Below, piece by piece: positions 38,134 through 48,951 of a stretch of DNA of 64,000 nucleotides. How positions within the stretch are numbered: position 1 is the stretch's first letter; each line of letters begins with the position of its first letter. Under the pieces are notes generated by a model that was given only the letters and a program-made list of their open reading frames with translations, ran no database searches and was not told the origin of the DNA. Source of the DNA: a virus; IMG/VR virus record IMGVR_UViG_3300013104_000004, positions 1 to 64,000 of that record. One strand, 5' to 3'. Position numbers and translations under genes: made by a program.

Positions 38134-40332
38134 ATGCGTGACGACAAGCGCAAGGCCAAGCAGGAGCAGACCCGCCGGAACTTCGAGCGGACGATGAAGA
38201 CGAAGCCCTACGTGGGCGCCGCCTCCACCGTCGAGATCTGACCATGGTCACCCTCGACAAGTCGCCCGCCATCCTCCAGGTCCGGGTCGACGTGCCCTTC
38301 ACCTACACGCTCACCGCCGGTCACTCGATCGTCGAGGCGTTCCTGGACCTGGACGAGTCCGACCAGCGTGCGGTCCTGCGCGGCGCGGCCATCGCCGTGC
38401 TCACCGGGCCGGAGGTTGACCTTCCGGGCCTGCTGGCGAAGATCAACGAGCAGGCCACGTGGGCCCGACTCGGGATCGGCGTGCCGCGGTGAGCGTCAGC
38501 CTGGCCAAGCGCCCGGTCATCCAGGGCCTGCTCTGGGTGTGCGACGACTGCCTCTTCGCCCGTGAGGGTGACGGGACCGAGGACCCGCACTGCGAGCCCT
38601 GGAACCGTGAGCCCGACACGGACGTGACGCTCGGCGTCGCCTACGGCCATGACGGCTGTGAGCACTCGCCCTACGCGGACGACTACGACGAGCACTCCGA
38701 GTCCTGCGAGATGCACACCTTCTCGTCCCGGTCCTGCGACGGCTGCGGCTGCCACCTGGCCGGCACGCGTCACGCCTACACCTGGTGGGCGTGATGACCG
38801 GGAAGCACGTAGACACGGACCGGCCGCTGATCGTCGTGGACGTCGCCTACCGGGGGTACGTCCTGGAGTGGGCCTGGGGGACGCGCAAGCGCCCCCCCCA
38901 CTGGGCGCGGTGTGCCTGTGGCTGACTTCGAGCGCCTGGCTGCCGGTCTGTCGGACTACGACCGCACCACCTTGGAGTACCTGTTCTTCTCCGGCATCCG
39001 CGGTCCTGTTCTGGAACGCGTCGCCGCATCCCTTCGACCTTCGAGAAACGGAACCCCAGCATGAGTCACGCCTACCCGGACGGCTTCATCTACACCGGCA
39101 CGGTGAGCCACGGAACCCTGCGCTCCGAGGACCTGATCGCCACCTTCCTGCCGATCCTGTGCAACCTCGACCGGAACACGGCCAATCAGGTCGGTGACGG
39201 CGAGCACGACGAGGCGATCATCGAGACCGTGCCGTACCCGCTGCCGGACGAGCTGCTGGAGCCTGCCTCCGAACTGGCCCTGTGGCTCATCGAGAAGCTG
39301 GACGCTGCGGCGCCTGAGGGCTTCTACTTCGGCGCCCACGAGGGCGACGGCTCCGACTTCGGCTTCTGGCCCATCGAGGACGACTGATGGGCGCCCGCGT
39401 CGTCACGAACCACCACATCCGGCGCCTGCGCTCCTGGCAGGACCTTCCGGCCGACGCCCGCCCGGACTTCGACTACGTCGAGGAGGACGAGCGCTGGTCC
39501 GACCGCTTCGTCGAGTACCGCGGCGCCTGGCACGACGTCATGGACGCCCAGGTGCTCGGTGACGGCCGACCTTTCGGATGGCCGATCGCTCCCGACTCGC
39601 CCCTCCAGGGATGGAACGCCGCTGCCAGCGACTCCGCCTGGACCGCGACCATCTTCCGCTGGCCCACCGAGGTGGAGATCTTCCGCCACGACCTGTACTC
39701 CGACCGCGACGGCTACATCATCGTCGGTCGCTACATCTCCGACTGAGAGAGGCACGCATGATGCTCACCTTGCGCATCCCGCCCGGCGCGACGCACGCCT
39801 GCTACGGCAAGCTCGTCGACGCCGCCGGCCGCCCGCACGATCTGGACAAGGTCATGGAGTGGGGCACCGCGATCCGCGTGCGGATCGAGGGGGACCAGAC
39901 CTTCGTGGACACCGGCGTCCGGGACCGGACCGTGCCCGACCTGCTGGCCTTCTCGTACCCCGACGGCTCGCATCTTCCAGGGACCGACACCGACCTCCAG
40001 GACCAGGCCCAGGCCTACGGGTGGGACGGTCTACTGACCGGCTTCACCGGGCAGTACGGCTACGGGGGGCCGTGCATGCACGCTTCGGAGTTCGTCGGCG
40101 GTGGGCTGGCCGACCACATCCTGACCACACCCGGCCTGTATGCCGTGACCGAGATCAGCGAGGACGACGGCGAGCCGGAGTCCTGGGCGATCGCCTACAA
40201 GGCCGCCGAGTGACCCGCCGCTACCTCGCCATCCGCGCCTGCGTGCGCTTCCTGGTGGGCTTGACCTTCGCGGTCGCCTTCCTGTTCGTGACCGGCCTGC
40301 CGGTCTTCCTGCTCGGAGCCAACCCCTCCTGA
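38134..40332 (+). other. Early cluster of small, mostly acidic genes (38134-38241, 38244-38492, 38489-38794, 39061-39387, 39387-39746, 39758-40213, 40210-40332 and smaller ORFs)
   Basis: Coupled ORFs with phage codon usage; several are Asp/Glu/aromatic-rich (e.g. YFGAHEGDGSDFGFW). Confidence 0.65.
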
Positions 40333-40457
40333 GCGATTCCGCCACCGTGAGCACCTGCCCACAGATCCACTGCACCCCGGTCCGCCCTTCGGCGCCGGGG
40401 TTGCTTGTTGATGAGGGCCGCGTTCGCGGCACACGACGTCCCTTGAAAGGGGAGCAC

Positions 40458-41054
40458 GTGAGCACCACGACGACTGACACGACGCCTCGCGTCTGGATCG
40501 GATCCCTGGCCGCCTACAACGCTGGCGACCTGCTGGGCGACTGGTTCGAGGCGATCGACTGCCCGACCGACGCTACCGAGTGGGTCACGCAGATGATCGC
40601 CCGCGGGCAGATCCCCGCCGGCGACGACTGGTACCTGACCGCCCTCATTCAGCGCCACGAGGAGATCTGGGTCTTCGACCACGACAACTTCCTCGGCCTG
40701 CTGAAGGGCGAGTGCTCGCCTTCCGAGGCCCAGCGCCTGGCCCAGCTGCTCGACGACGTGCAGGACGACCAGCGCGCCGCCTTCGGCGCCTGGGTCGGTG
40801 AGGGCAACGAGCCCGACACCTTCGAGGACCACTTCCATGGCGTCCACGAGTCCTTCCGGGACTACCTCAACGACTTCGTGCCCGACGTGCCGGACGAGCG
40901 TCCGCCGTCGTGGGACCACGAGGCCTGCGCCCGCCACGACGCCGCCGAGTTCTTCCGGCGGTACTTCGACTGGGCGGCCTACGTGCGCGAGATGGAGCAC
41001 GAGTACACCGTCATCCGCCTGGGAACCGACCAGTACGCGGTGTTCTCCGCATGA
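40458..41054 (+). CDS. ardA: Antirestriction protein ArdA (DNA mimic)
   Basis: RVWIGSLAAYNAGDLLGDW, EEIWVFDHD and YFDWAAYVRE motifs; highly acidic. Confidence 0.85.
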   Translation: MSTTTTDTTPRVWIGSLAAYNAGDLLGDWFEAIDCPTDATEWVTQMIARGQIPAGDDWYLTALIQRHEEIWVFDHDNFLGLLKGECSPSEAQRLAQLLDDVQDDQRAAFGAWVGEGNEPDTFEDHFHGVHESFRDYLNDFVPDVPDERPPSWDHEACARHDAAEFFRRYFDWAAYVREMEHEYTVIRLGTDQYAVFSA

Positions 41055-41611
41055 GCGCCGACGCCTGGGTGACCCCGATCAAGGATCTCGGCATCGCGCC
41101 GGGCGACTCCTGGTTCGACCGGGGCGACGGGGAGGTCTTCAGCGACGTCGAGGTGGTCCACTCTGACGACGGGACCTTCCGGATGGAGGGCCGCCTGACC
41201 TGCGTGAACTTCCTGCAGGGCTTCGCCGAGATGCACGACGCCTCCCGGCGCTGCCGCCTCTATCTCATGCCCGGCATGCGCTGCTGCGCCGACTCCGGGC
41301 ACGACGGGTCATGCCGGAACTTCGAGGACTTCGCGAGCGACTGGCTCAACGAGCGCCTCGACAAGATCGAGGCCTTCTTCGGGACCCGCTACGCCGGCCT
41401 GGAGTGGGACGGCGGGTGCGATCAGTGGTCGGACCAGCACTTCATCTTCAGCGTGCCCGTCTCGCCGGACCAGACGCCCGAGGACGCCTTCGACGCCCTC
41501 TGGAACGCCACCGGCGCGGTCCCGCTCTACAACGAGCTCGACGCCGGCACGTACGGCTGCGAGTACGTCTGGCGCGTCCTGCGCGACCACCTTCAGCGAA
41601 CGGAGTCCTGA
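41051..41611 (+). CDS. Acidic hypothetical protein
   Basis: 186 aa, coupled to ardA. Confidence 0.7.
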   Translation: MSADAWVTPIKDLGIAPGDSWFDRGDGEVFSDVEVVHSDDGTFRMEGRLTCVNFLQGFAEMHDASRRCRLYLMPGMRCCADSGHDGSCRNFEDFASDWLNERLDKIEAFFGTRYAGLEWDGGCDQWSDQHFIFSVPVSPDQTPEDAFDALWNATGAVPLYNELDAGTYGCEYVWRVLRDHLQRTES

Positions 41612-41613
41612 CC

Positions 41614-42519
41614 ATGCGCGCTCACGCCTTCCGGGAGACGCACTTCACCGGCAACATCATCTGCGACCGCTGCGGCCTGCTGCCCCTCGACAGCGAGGAC
41701 AGCGACAGCGCCTGCCCTCGCACCCTCGCTGAGTTGAGGGACGAGATCCTGGCCAACCTCGACGAGACGTACGACCTGGTCTTCGTCGCGTACGACGACA
41801 AGTTGACCGACGAGCAGACCGCCGCCCTGGTGCGCGGCGACTTCGAGGCGATCTGGGACTCCACCGACGAGTGGACCTGCGACTCCAGCCACGAGGGCGC
41901 CAAGTACCACATCGCGGAGCACCTTGCCGACGCGATCCGCACCTTCGAGGCGGCGGACGATGACGACTACACCGACCTCTCGGACTCCTTCGAGTTCTCC
42001 GCGGAGTACGACGAGGTGCGCGAGCTGATCATGGACCGCGACGCCGGCCAGTGGTTCGACGAGTTGATCGGCAACACGCCCGATCCGCTCCTTCGGGTGC
42101 CGCTCGTCGACGAGGACCACGCGCTCGAACCGAGCATCGCCACGCCGGCCGACGTGCTCACCGCCTGCGGCTTGCCGCACACGCCGGGCAACGTCCAACT
42201 CGCGAACGACCTGCTGGCCAACGTGCCCTCCAGCGTCGGGATGATCTACGCCCTCGCGACGGTGGACCTGGCCGTCGTGAACATGATCCCGTCCGACGCC
42301 TTCGCGACGATCACCGGTCCGCACCTGCTGATGGGCAACCCGTTCGCGGGGGCCTACCACGCGGAGGGTCCCTTCGAGGGCTCGGTGAGCGTGGAGCGGG
42401 ATGACCTTCGCACGGACCGCGACGCCTTCGGGTGCTCCTGGGACGAGTGCGCCGGGCTCGCCTCGGTCAGCTACTACGCGGCCGAGATTGCGGCGGCGCA
42501 GATCGAGGTGGCCGCGTGA
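41614..42519 (+). CDS. Highly acidic hypothetical protein
   Basis: 301 aa, very Asp/Glu-rich, N-terminal CDRC. Confidence 0.7.
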   Translation: MRAHAFRETHFTGNIICDRCGLLPLDSEDSDSACPRTLAELRDEILANLDETYDLVFVAYDDKLTDEQTAALVRGDFEAIWDSTDEWTCDSSHEGAKYHIAEHLADAIRTFEAADDDDYTDLSDSFEFSAEYDEVRELIMDRDAGQWFDELIGNTPDPLLRVPLVDEDHALEPSIATPADVLTACGLPHTPGNVQLANDLLANVPSSVGMIYALATVDLAVVNMIPSDAFATITGPHLLMGNPFAGAYHAEGPFEGSVSVERDDLRTDRDAFGCSWDECAGLASVSYYAAEIAAAQIEVAA

Positions 42520-42908
42520 GGACCTTCGAGCCGAAGAAGACCTTCATCACGGGGGAGTGGCTCCACGACCTCGACCCCCGACCCGCCTTCGAGGGCTACC
42601 TCTACGGCTACTGGAACGGGTGGGCCAGATGGACCACCACGCGCGCCGTCATCGAGCGCTTCCTCGTGGTCCACCACGAGACCACCGACGCGGAACTCCC
42701 GATCTGGACCTTCGACGGCGACGTGCTCGTCGTGCACCCGCTCGACGAGGACGACGACGAGATCCGCATCGAGCCCGAGGGCGACCTCTACGACGTCAGC
42801 CTCGGCTACGTCTGGGAAGAGGTCCGCTACTTCCCGGGCACCAACATCCAGCCCTACGACCTCACGGGGACGGCGCTCGCCGTCGTCACCGTGCCGGAGA
42901 CACCGTGA
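42516..42908 (+). CDS. Acidic hypothetical protein
   Basis: 130 aa with WNGW motif; coupled on both sides. Confidence 0.65.
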   Translation: MRTFEPKKTFITGEWLHDLDPRPAFEGYLYGYWNGWARWTTTRAVIERFLVVHHETTDAELPIWTFDGDVLVVHPLDEDDDEIRIEPEGDLYDVSLGYVWEEVRYFPGTNIQPYDLTGTALAVVTVPETP

Positions 42909-43909
42909 ACGCACCCCTGTCCTACGCCTCGACGTTCACCGGTATCGGTGGCTTCGAGGTCGGCTTCGACTCGATGGGCTGGGAGAACCGGCTCATGGTC
43001 GAGGTCAACGACCACTGCCGGACGATCCTCGCCCGGCACTTCCCGAACACACCCCTGATGGGAGACATCCGTGACGTTCCCGGATCCGCGCTCGACCGCC
43101 CCGACGTCCTCGTCGGCGGCTTCCCTTGCCAGGACACCAGCGTCGCCGCACCCCACCGTGCTGGGCTCGCTGGCGCTCGCTCCGGTCTCTTCTGGGAGTT
43201 CCACCGACTCCTCGACGAGCACCTCCGACTCGTCGACGAAGCGCGACCCCGGTGGGTCGTCATCGAGAACCCCGAAGGGCTTCTCCGAAGTAACGAGGGA
43301 CGGGACGCAGCCGCCGTCTTCGGTGGTCTGGAAGACCTCGGGTATGGGTGGTCCTACCGGGTGGTGGACGGGGGACACCTCGGCACAGCCCAGCGACGCC
43401 GTCGAGTTCTCGTGGTCGGCCATCGTGGAGGAGACCCCCGACCCGCATGGGCCGTTCTGGGTGACCCCGACGGTGGCGGCGAAGCTCCTGGCGCGCGTCG
43501 CCTCGGCCGGGCCCAAGGCGGACCCCGCTCTGCTCCAGGCCCTGTCGGACCTGCTGGAGCCGTGATCTGGCGCAAGTCCGCCCGAGCCCGCAAGTCGATC
43601 GCCGCTGGCGGTTACGAGACGTGGGTGCCTGCGGACTTCGCCAACACCCTCACCGGCTTCGACGGCGGTGGCCCGGACCGCCAGACGCACCTGGTCGCGC
43701 AGCACGGCGGCCTTCGCGCCTTCACCCCGACGGAGTGGGAGCGCCTGCAGGGCTTCGCCGACGGCTGGACCGACGGCATGCCCGCATCCGCGCGGTGGAC
43801 CGCCCTCGGCAACGCCGTGCACACCGGCACGTCGGCCTGGCTGGCGCGCCGCCTCGACGCGGTGCACCACCGCATCCCGCAGATCAACCCGGCGCTCGCC
43901 AGCGCCTGA
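42905..43909 (+). CDS. DNA cytosine-5 methyltransferase (alpha polypeptide)
   Basis: Motifs I FTGIGG, IV GGFPCQD, VI ENP, VIII QRRRR, R..TPTEWERLQGF and X LGNAV. Confidence 0.9.
   Translation: MNAPLSYASTFTGIGGFEVGFDSMGWENRLMVEVNDHCRTILARHFPNTPLMGDIRDVPGSALDRPDVLVGGFPCQDTSVAAPHRAGLAGARSGLFWEFHRLLDEHLRLVDEARPRWVVIENPEGLLRSNEGRDAAAVFGGLEDLGYGWSYRVVDGGHLGTAQRRRRVLVVGHRGGDPRPAWAVLGDPDGGGEAPGARRLGRAQGGPRSAPGPVGPAGAVIWRKSARARKSIAAGGYETWVPADFANTLTGFDGGGPDRQTHLVAQHGGLRAFTPTEWERLQGFADGWTDGMPASARWTALGNAVHTGTSAWLARRLDAVHHRIPQINPALASA
43071..43565 (+). CDS. Nested out-of-frame ORF, probable beta subunit of the methyltransferase
   Basis: +1-frame ORF with WKTSGMGGPTGWWT...SWSAIVE...FWVTPTVAAKLLAR...LLQAL, the pattern of M.EcoHK31I-type beta polypeptides; true start uncertain. 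Confidence 0.6.
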   Translation: MTFPDPRSTAPTSSSAASLARTPASPHPTVLGSLALAPVSSGSSTDSSTSTSDSSTKRDPGGSSSRTPKGFSEVTRDGTQPPSSVVWKTSGMGGPTGWWTGDTSAQPSDAVEFSWSAIVEETPDPHGPFWVTPTVAAKLLARVASAGPKADPALLQALSDLLEP

Positions 43910-43919
43910 GAGGACCAAC

Positions 43920-46032
43920 ATGATCGCCCCACACGAGGCGGCAGCGACCTTCAATGCCGCGACCGCCGCCGTCCGTGCGACGGCGTGGAGTCTCGAACAG
44001 GAGGCCGCGCTCGCCGCCGTGCGACTCCTCGCCGCACACGCCCTCGACGCGGTGCCCGACGCAACGCACCTGCTCATCGAGTCCTCCGACCAGGGCAACT
44101 ACATGATGTGCACGGCCGGCTCGGTCGAGCGCGACGGCGTGACCGTCGCCAGTGGGACCGACTGGGACGACAGGTGCGAGCTACACGACCTCGACGCCGC
44201 CGCTTCCTGGCTCACATGGGGTGCCGCGGCCTGGGAGCAGTACGCCGACCCTTTCCACCCGTACACGAACATGCGCGGCGGCTACGTCGCGCTCGACCTG
44301 CGGCGCATTGCCGCTGACCAGGAGGCCTGATGCACACCGACGAGGACAGCATTCTGGCGATCGTCGACCAGCAGGGCTGGAACGACGCGACCCTCCTGGC
44401 CCTCATGGGCGAGTTCATCTACCGCCACCCGCGGCGCACGCGCCGCTTCCTGGAGTACGTCCGCCGAGTCCAGCGCGAGGAGAACGCCTGATGCCCACCC
44501 TGAACGACCTGACCGTCACCTTCGACGAACGTGACGACCTGACCGTCGGCACCTTCGTCGGCTACAACGGCCGCTGCGAGGTCCGCGTCGTCACGTCCAG
44601 CGCGACCGTCTACTTCACCGAGGACCACTTCCTGGCCCTCTTCAACGAGCTCGGCAAGCACCTGTTCCGCTCCTTCGAGATCGAGGCCTTCGACGACGCC
44701 CACGGGCACAACGTCAGCCTGAGGACGACGCCGCTTCTCGACGAGGACGTGCACGTCACGCTCAACGGCGAGGTGCTCTTCAAGGGCGAGGTGACCCGGT
44801 GACGATCCAGTCCGACCGCGTCATCAGCGCCGCCGTCGACCTGCTGGGCCTGCCCGGTGACCGACCGTTCCAGAGCCCGGAGTACCAGCGGGCCATCGTC
44901 GAGATGACCACGAGCCTGGTCTCGGACGCACCCTTCCACGACGTCGTCGAAGACGGCGACGAGCGCAAGGCGATCGTCGCCACGCTCCTCGGCGTGCCGC
45001 CCGAGCCCGACCTTCGCAGCCCGCTCGACGGGTTGCTGTAGCGCCCCCCGACCAGACAACCTCCCCCTTCCCCAGGAGCCAGGAATGCCCAGCACGAACG
45101 AGAACCGCGACAAGGCGCCGAGCGACGACGCCGTCCGCCTTGTCGGTGCGGTCGCCGCGAGCGACGCCATCGCACACATGACCGCCATCTCGACCTTCAA
45201 CCTGGCCACCGCGGTCAGAGCGTTGCAGTCGGGCATGGGCGGCACGCTCACGTTCCACCTGCCCAGCCAGCGCGGCAAGGCCGCGCAGGTCGTCTACGAG
45301 GGCTTGGCGCCGACGCGCTGAGCACCTGCCCAGAAAGGAGTGCGAGATGGTCTGCCCCGTCTGCGGTGGCGCGCCCGTCGAGTCGGTGGTCTACGACTAC
45401 CTGACGTGCACGAAGTGTCGGGAGCTCCTGAGTCCCGGCGAGCTGGTCCGGCGCAAGACGCGCCGGACCCGCGTCCGCTACGCCCGGGCCAACGGGCACA
45501 CCAAGCACTACGGCACGAAGAAGGAGACGTCGTGATCGAGATCCTCATCGAGCGTGACCCCGACAGCTTGACCGACGTCACGCTCTTCATCGACGGCGAG
45601 GAGGTCCCCGCCCGGGAGATCGACTACCGGCACATCGACCCCGGCGTCGGCTACCTGTTGTCGGAGTGGCGGGAGGACCGCGCCGACATCAAGGCGGCTG
45701 GCCACAGTCGCGCGTTCACCGCGGCGGCACTCGCAGCGCACGACGCGGCCGAGCGGTCCCCGTACATCGAGGATGACCTGGCCGAGCCGCTGTACGAGAA
45801 GTGCGCCGAGTGCCACCTCTTCGTCGAGCCGAACAGCTCGCACGACAGCGCGGACCCCGAGTACGCAGCCACGCTCGCCGAGTACGTGCACCTGCATCGC
45901 GGCGACAAGGCGGACGACGAGCTCGACGCGAGCCACGAGGCCCGCCCTTCCGGCGAGATCGCCAACCTCACCCAGTGGCGCATGTACGGCCCCGAGGCCA
46001 TGCGCGCCCGCTTCAACCCACGAGAGGAGTGA
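43920..46032 (+). other. Cluster of small hypothetical genes (43920-44330, 44330-44491, 44491-44802, 44799-45041, 45085-45321, 45347-45535, 45532-46032)
   Basis: Coupled ORFs with RBSs; 45347-45535 is a CxxC...CxxC zinc ribbon. Confidence 0.65.
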
Positions 46033-46036
46033 CCGC

Positions 46037-46861
46037 ATGGCCAACGTCGCATCTGGCGTCGCGCTGAGCTTCGGGCTCATCACCGCGTCCGTGTCCATCC
46101 AGGCAGCCCTGGAGGCCAAGGCCAAGACGGGCAACGTCATGGTCTGCGACACCGGACACCCGCCGCACCAGATCCGCGCACCCCGCGTGTGTGACGAGTG
46201 CAACGGCGAGGTGCCCTACCAGCAGCTGAAGAAGGCACGGCCCGTCGACGGCGGGCTCGTGGTCCTGGAACGGGAGGAGATCGAGCAGGCGTCCGTCGAC
46301 GCCACGAAGTTCAAGAAGAAGGCCGGTGTCACCGCGCACCCGGTCGAGCAGGTCCAGGTCCACACCGCGACCGGCGAGAAGATGTACTACCTCACGCCCG
46401 ACAAGGGCCACGAGGACGGGTACACGACGCTCCTGGCCCTGGTGCTGAACCACCCGGAGCTCGCGTTCGTCACGCAGTGGACGCCGCGCACCGCGCTGGG
46501 CCAGTTCCAGCTGATCGTCCACGACGGCGTGCTCGCCTTCCAGGAGCGCACCGAGTCAGCCGGTTCCGTCCGGCCGGCGCCCGTGCTCGACCTCACGGTG
46601 AACGACGCCCTGGTCGGGCTCGCTGAGCAGGTGCTGGCGATGCCCGCGTCTGTCAGCGACTACGACCCGGCGACGTACCGGGACGGCTACGAGGACCGCC
46701 TGGCCGCGATCATCGCGGGCAAGGAGGTCGTGGCTGCCACGACGACGAGCGCCACACCCATCGCGCCCGCGTCCGACCTGATGGAGAAGCTCCGCGCCCA
46801 GGTCGCCGCGGCGGCCCCGGCGCCGAAGCGGCGGGCCACGAGGAAGAAGGTGGCCGCATGA
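46037..46861 (+). CDS. ku: Ku DNA end-binding protein
   Basis: LSFGLITASVSI N-terminus, C...GEVPYQQLKKA, YYLTP, YDPATYRDGYEDRL, DLMEKLRA. Confidence 0.85.
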   Translation: MANVASGVALSFGLITASVSIQAALEAKAKTGNVMVCDTGHPPHQIRAPRVCDECNGEVPYQQLKKARPVDGGLVVLEREEIEQASVDATKFKKKAGVTAHPVEQVQVHTATGEKMYYLTPDKGHEDGYTTLLALVLNHPELAFVTQWTPRTALGQFQLIVHDGVLAFQERTESAGSVRPAPVLDLTVNDALVGLAEQVLAMPASVSDYDPATYRDGYEDRLAAIIAGKEVVAATTTSATPIAPASDLMEKLRAQVAAAAPAPKRRATRKKVAA

Positions 46862-47121
46862 GCATGACGACCGACGCGTACGCCTGCCGGTACGTGGTCG
46901 ACGGCACCGACACCGACGGCACGGTGTGGAACCGATGCCTCGTCCATGACGAGCTGGCGCCCTCGAACGAGGCGCCATGCTCCGACGCCGGCGCCGACGA
47001 TGCGGTGCGCAGGTGCCCTGAGTGCGACGCCGACATGCACCTCGTGCCCTACAACTTCAACGGCTTCGAGCACACCGACTGGGGCCTCGCCTGCACCGAC
47101 TGCGACTACCACGACCTCTAG
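46858..47121 (+). CDS. Small Cys-rich protein
   Basis: CPEC...CTDC; lies between ku and the ligase. Confidence 0.6.
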   Translation: MSMTTDAYACRYVVDGTDTDGTVWNRCLVHDELAPSNEAPCSDAGADDAVRRCPECDADMHLVPYNFNGFEHTDWGLACTDCDYHDL

Positions 47122-47191
47122 GAGGACCCGATCTACCGTCTGATCCCGCGCGAGATCCGTGCGGACCTGCACGCCTACGAACAGGAGAGAC

Positions 47192-48091
47192 GTGATCCCC
47201 ATCCAACCGATGCTCGCCTCGCCCAGCAGCGGAGCGAGCAACCGAAGACCGCTCGACCTCGGCCACCTCGCCACCGCCGGTGGCTGGGTCGCAGAGGAGA
47301 AGCTGGACGGCATCCGAGCCATCGTCGAGTCCGACGGTGGCTCGACTCGTATCTGGAACCGGAGCGGCGTCGACATCAGCGACCGCTTCCCTGAGATCGC
47401 CCGGCAGCGGCTGCTCCCCGTCGTGCTCGACGGGGAGATCGTCGCGACGGACGGCCTCTTCCAGACCGTCGCCACGCGCGACAAGCAGACGAGCGGGTAC
47501 GGGGCGGCCGCGCGCCGCAACCCGTGCCGCTTCGTCGCGTTCGACCTGCTCGCCTCGCACGACGAGCCCCTGACGCACCTGCCCTACAAGATGCGCCGCC
47601 AGCTGCTGCGCGGCGTGTGCGGCAACCGGCGCACGGTGCGCCCGGTGCGGCAGTCGGGGAACATCCTCGCCCTCTGGGACGAGGTGCTGACTGCCGGCGG
47701 CGAGGGCGTCATCTGCAAGCAGCTGAACTCGGTCTACCTGCCCGGCGCCCGCGCCAGCTCGTGGGTCAAGTTCAAGGCCGTGCAGCGCCTGACGGCAGTC
47801 GCCGTCGGGTACGAGCACGGGCTCAACCGCGACTTCGGAGCGATCCGGCTCGCGCTCATCGGCAACGACGGTCCGATCCCCATCGGGAAGGTCGGCACCG
47901 GCTGGAAGGAGAAGCACGGCAAGCAGATGCAGGCGCGCCTCGACGCCCAGGAGATCTTCCTGGTGGAGATCGAGGCCCTGAACCGCACTGCCGACAACGC
48001 GCTGCGCTTCCCGGTCTTCCGGGGCGAGCGCACAGACCTGGACCTGACCGCGGCCAGCGCCGACCAGCTCGCGCTGCTGCCCATCTACTGA
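47192..48091 (+). CDS. ATP-dependent DNA ligase (minimal LigD/LigC-like)
   Basis: PMLA, EEKLDGIR, LDGEIV, AFDLL, EGVICK, WVKFK, GKVGTG, LRFPVF. Confidence 0.9.
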   Translation: MIPIQPMLASPSSGASNRRPLDLGHLATAGGWVAEEKLDGIRAIVESDGGSTRIWNRSGVDISDRFPEIARQRLLPVVLDGEIVATDGLFQTVATRDKQTSGYGAAARRNPCRFVAFDLLASHDEPLTHLPYKMRRQLLRGVCGNRRTVRPVRQSGNILALWDEVLTAGGEGVICKQLNSVYLPGARASSWVKFKAVQRLTAVAVGYEHGLNRDFGAIRLALIGNDGPIPIGKVGTGWKEKHGKQMQARLDAQEIFLVEIEALNRTADNALRFPVFRGERTDLDLTAASADQLALLPIY

Positions 48092-48101
48092 GGAGGAAGC
48101 G

Positions 48102-48860
48102 ATGGCGACGTACGGCGTCGAGATCGGCCACGACGTCCGGCGCTGGACCACCTACAGCGTTACCGACCCGACCGACGAGGAGCTGGCCACGCTGCGCGAG
48201 GGCGCCGACGAGGCGGTGGACCTCCTGCAGAGGATGGAGGCCGCCGGTCGGGCTGAGGGCGCCGGCTGGACGGACGAGGAGAACCCTGACCCGTTCGACT
48301 GGGACCTGGACCCCGCCGTCGTGAGCGTCGAGGGCTGATGCCGCGCCCCCCGAAGCAGTACGGCGTGCTGCTGTCCTGCGCGCCGATGGACCGCGACGAC
48401 ATCGACCGGCAGGTCGACGGACCGTTCGCCACCCGCGCCGAGGCGACCAGCTACGGCATCTCGGCCACGCGCTCCGGCATCGAGTACGAGGTCATGTCCC
48501 GCGTCCGCAACAACGACCCCTGGCGCTCCCTGCGCCACGAAAGCATCGCCGACGTCATCCGCCGGCGCTGGCAGTAACCCTTCACAGAGAGGCATCCCCA
48601 TGGCGACTGACGCCAACGAGGTCGAGATCGAGACGACCAAGCTCTACGGCACCGGCATGAACCCCGAGGTGGAGAAGTTCCCCGTCGTCATCGACGCGAT
48701 CGACGGGTCCAGTTCACGGACCTTCCACCTCACCGTCTCCGCAGCCGAAGAGCTGCGCAACGCCATCGACGACGCGCTCCACCAGGTGGAGTACCGCACC
48801 TTCGACGAGCCCGACCCCGACGTCGCGCACGACCGAGCACGAGAGGACGCCTGCTGGTGA
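48102..48860 (+). other. Three small hypothetical genes (48102-48338, 48338-48577, 48600-48860)
   Basis: Consecutive ORFs with RBS-like sequences and phage codon usage. Confidence 0.6.
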
Positions 48861-48951
48861 ACGCGAGCAAGCCGGCCTTCGAGAGCGCCAACGAGCGCTT
48901 CGTCGCCAAGAACATCAACCCCCAGCCCAAGCGGAAGGACCCCAAGAACCC

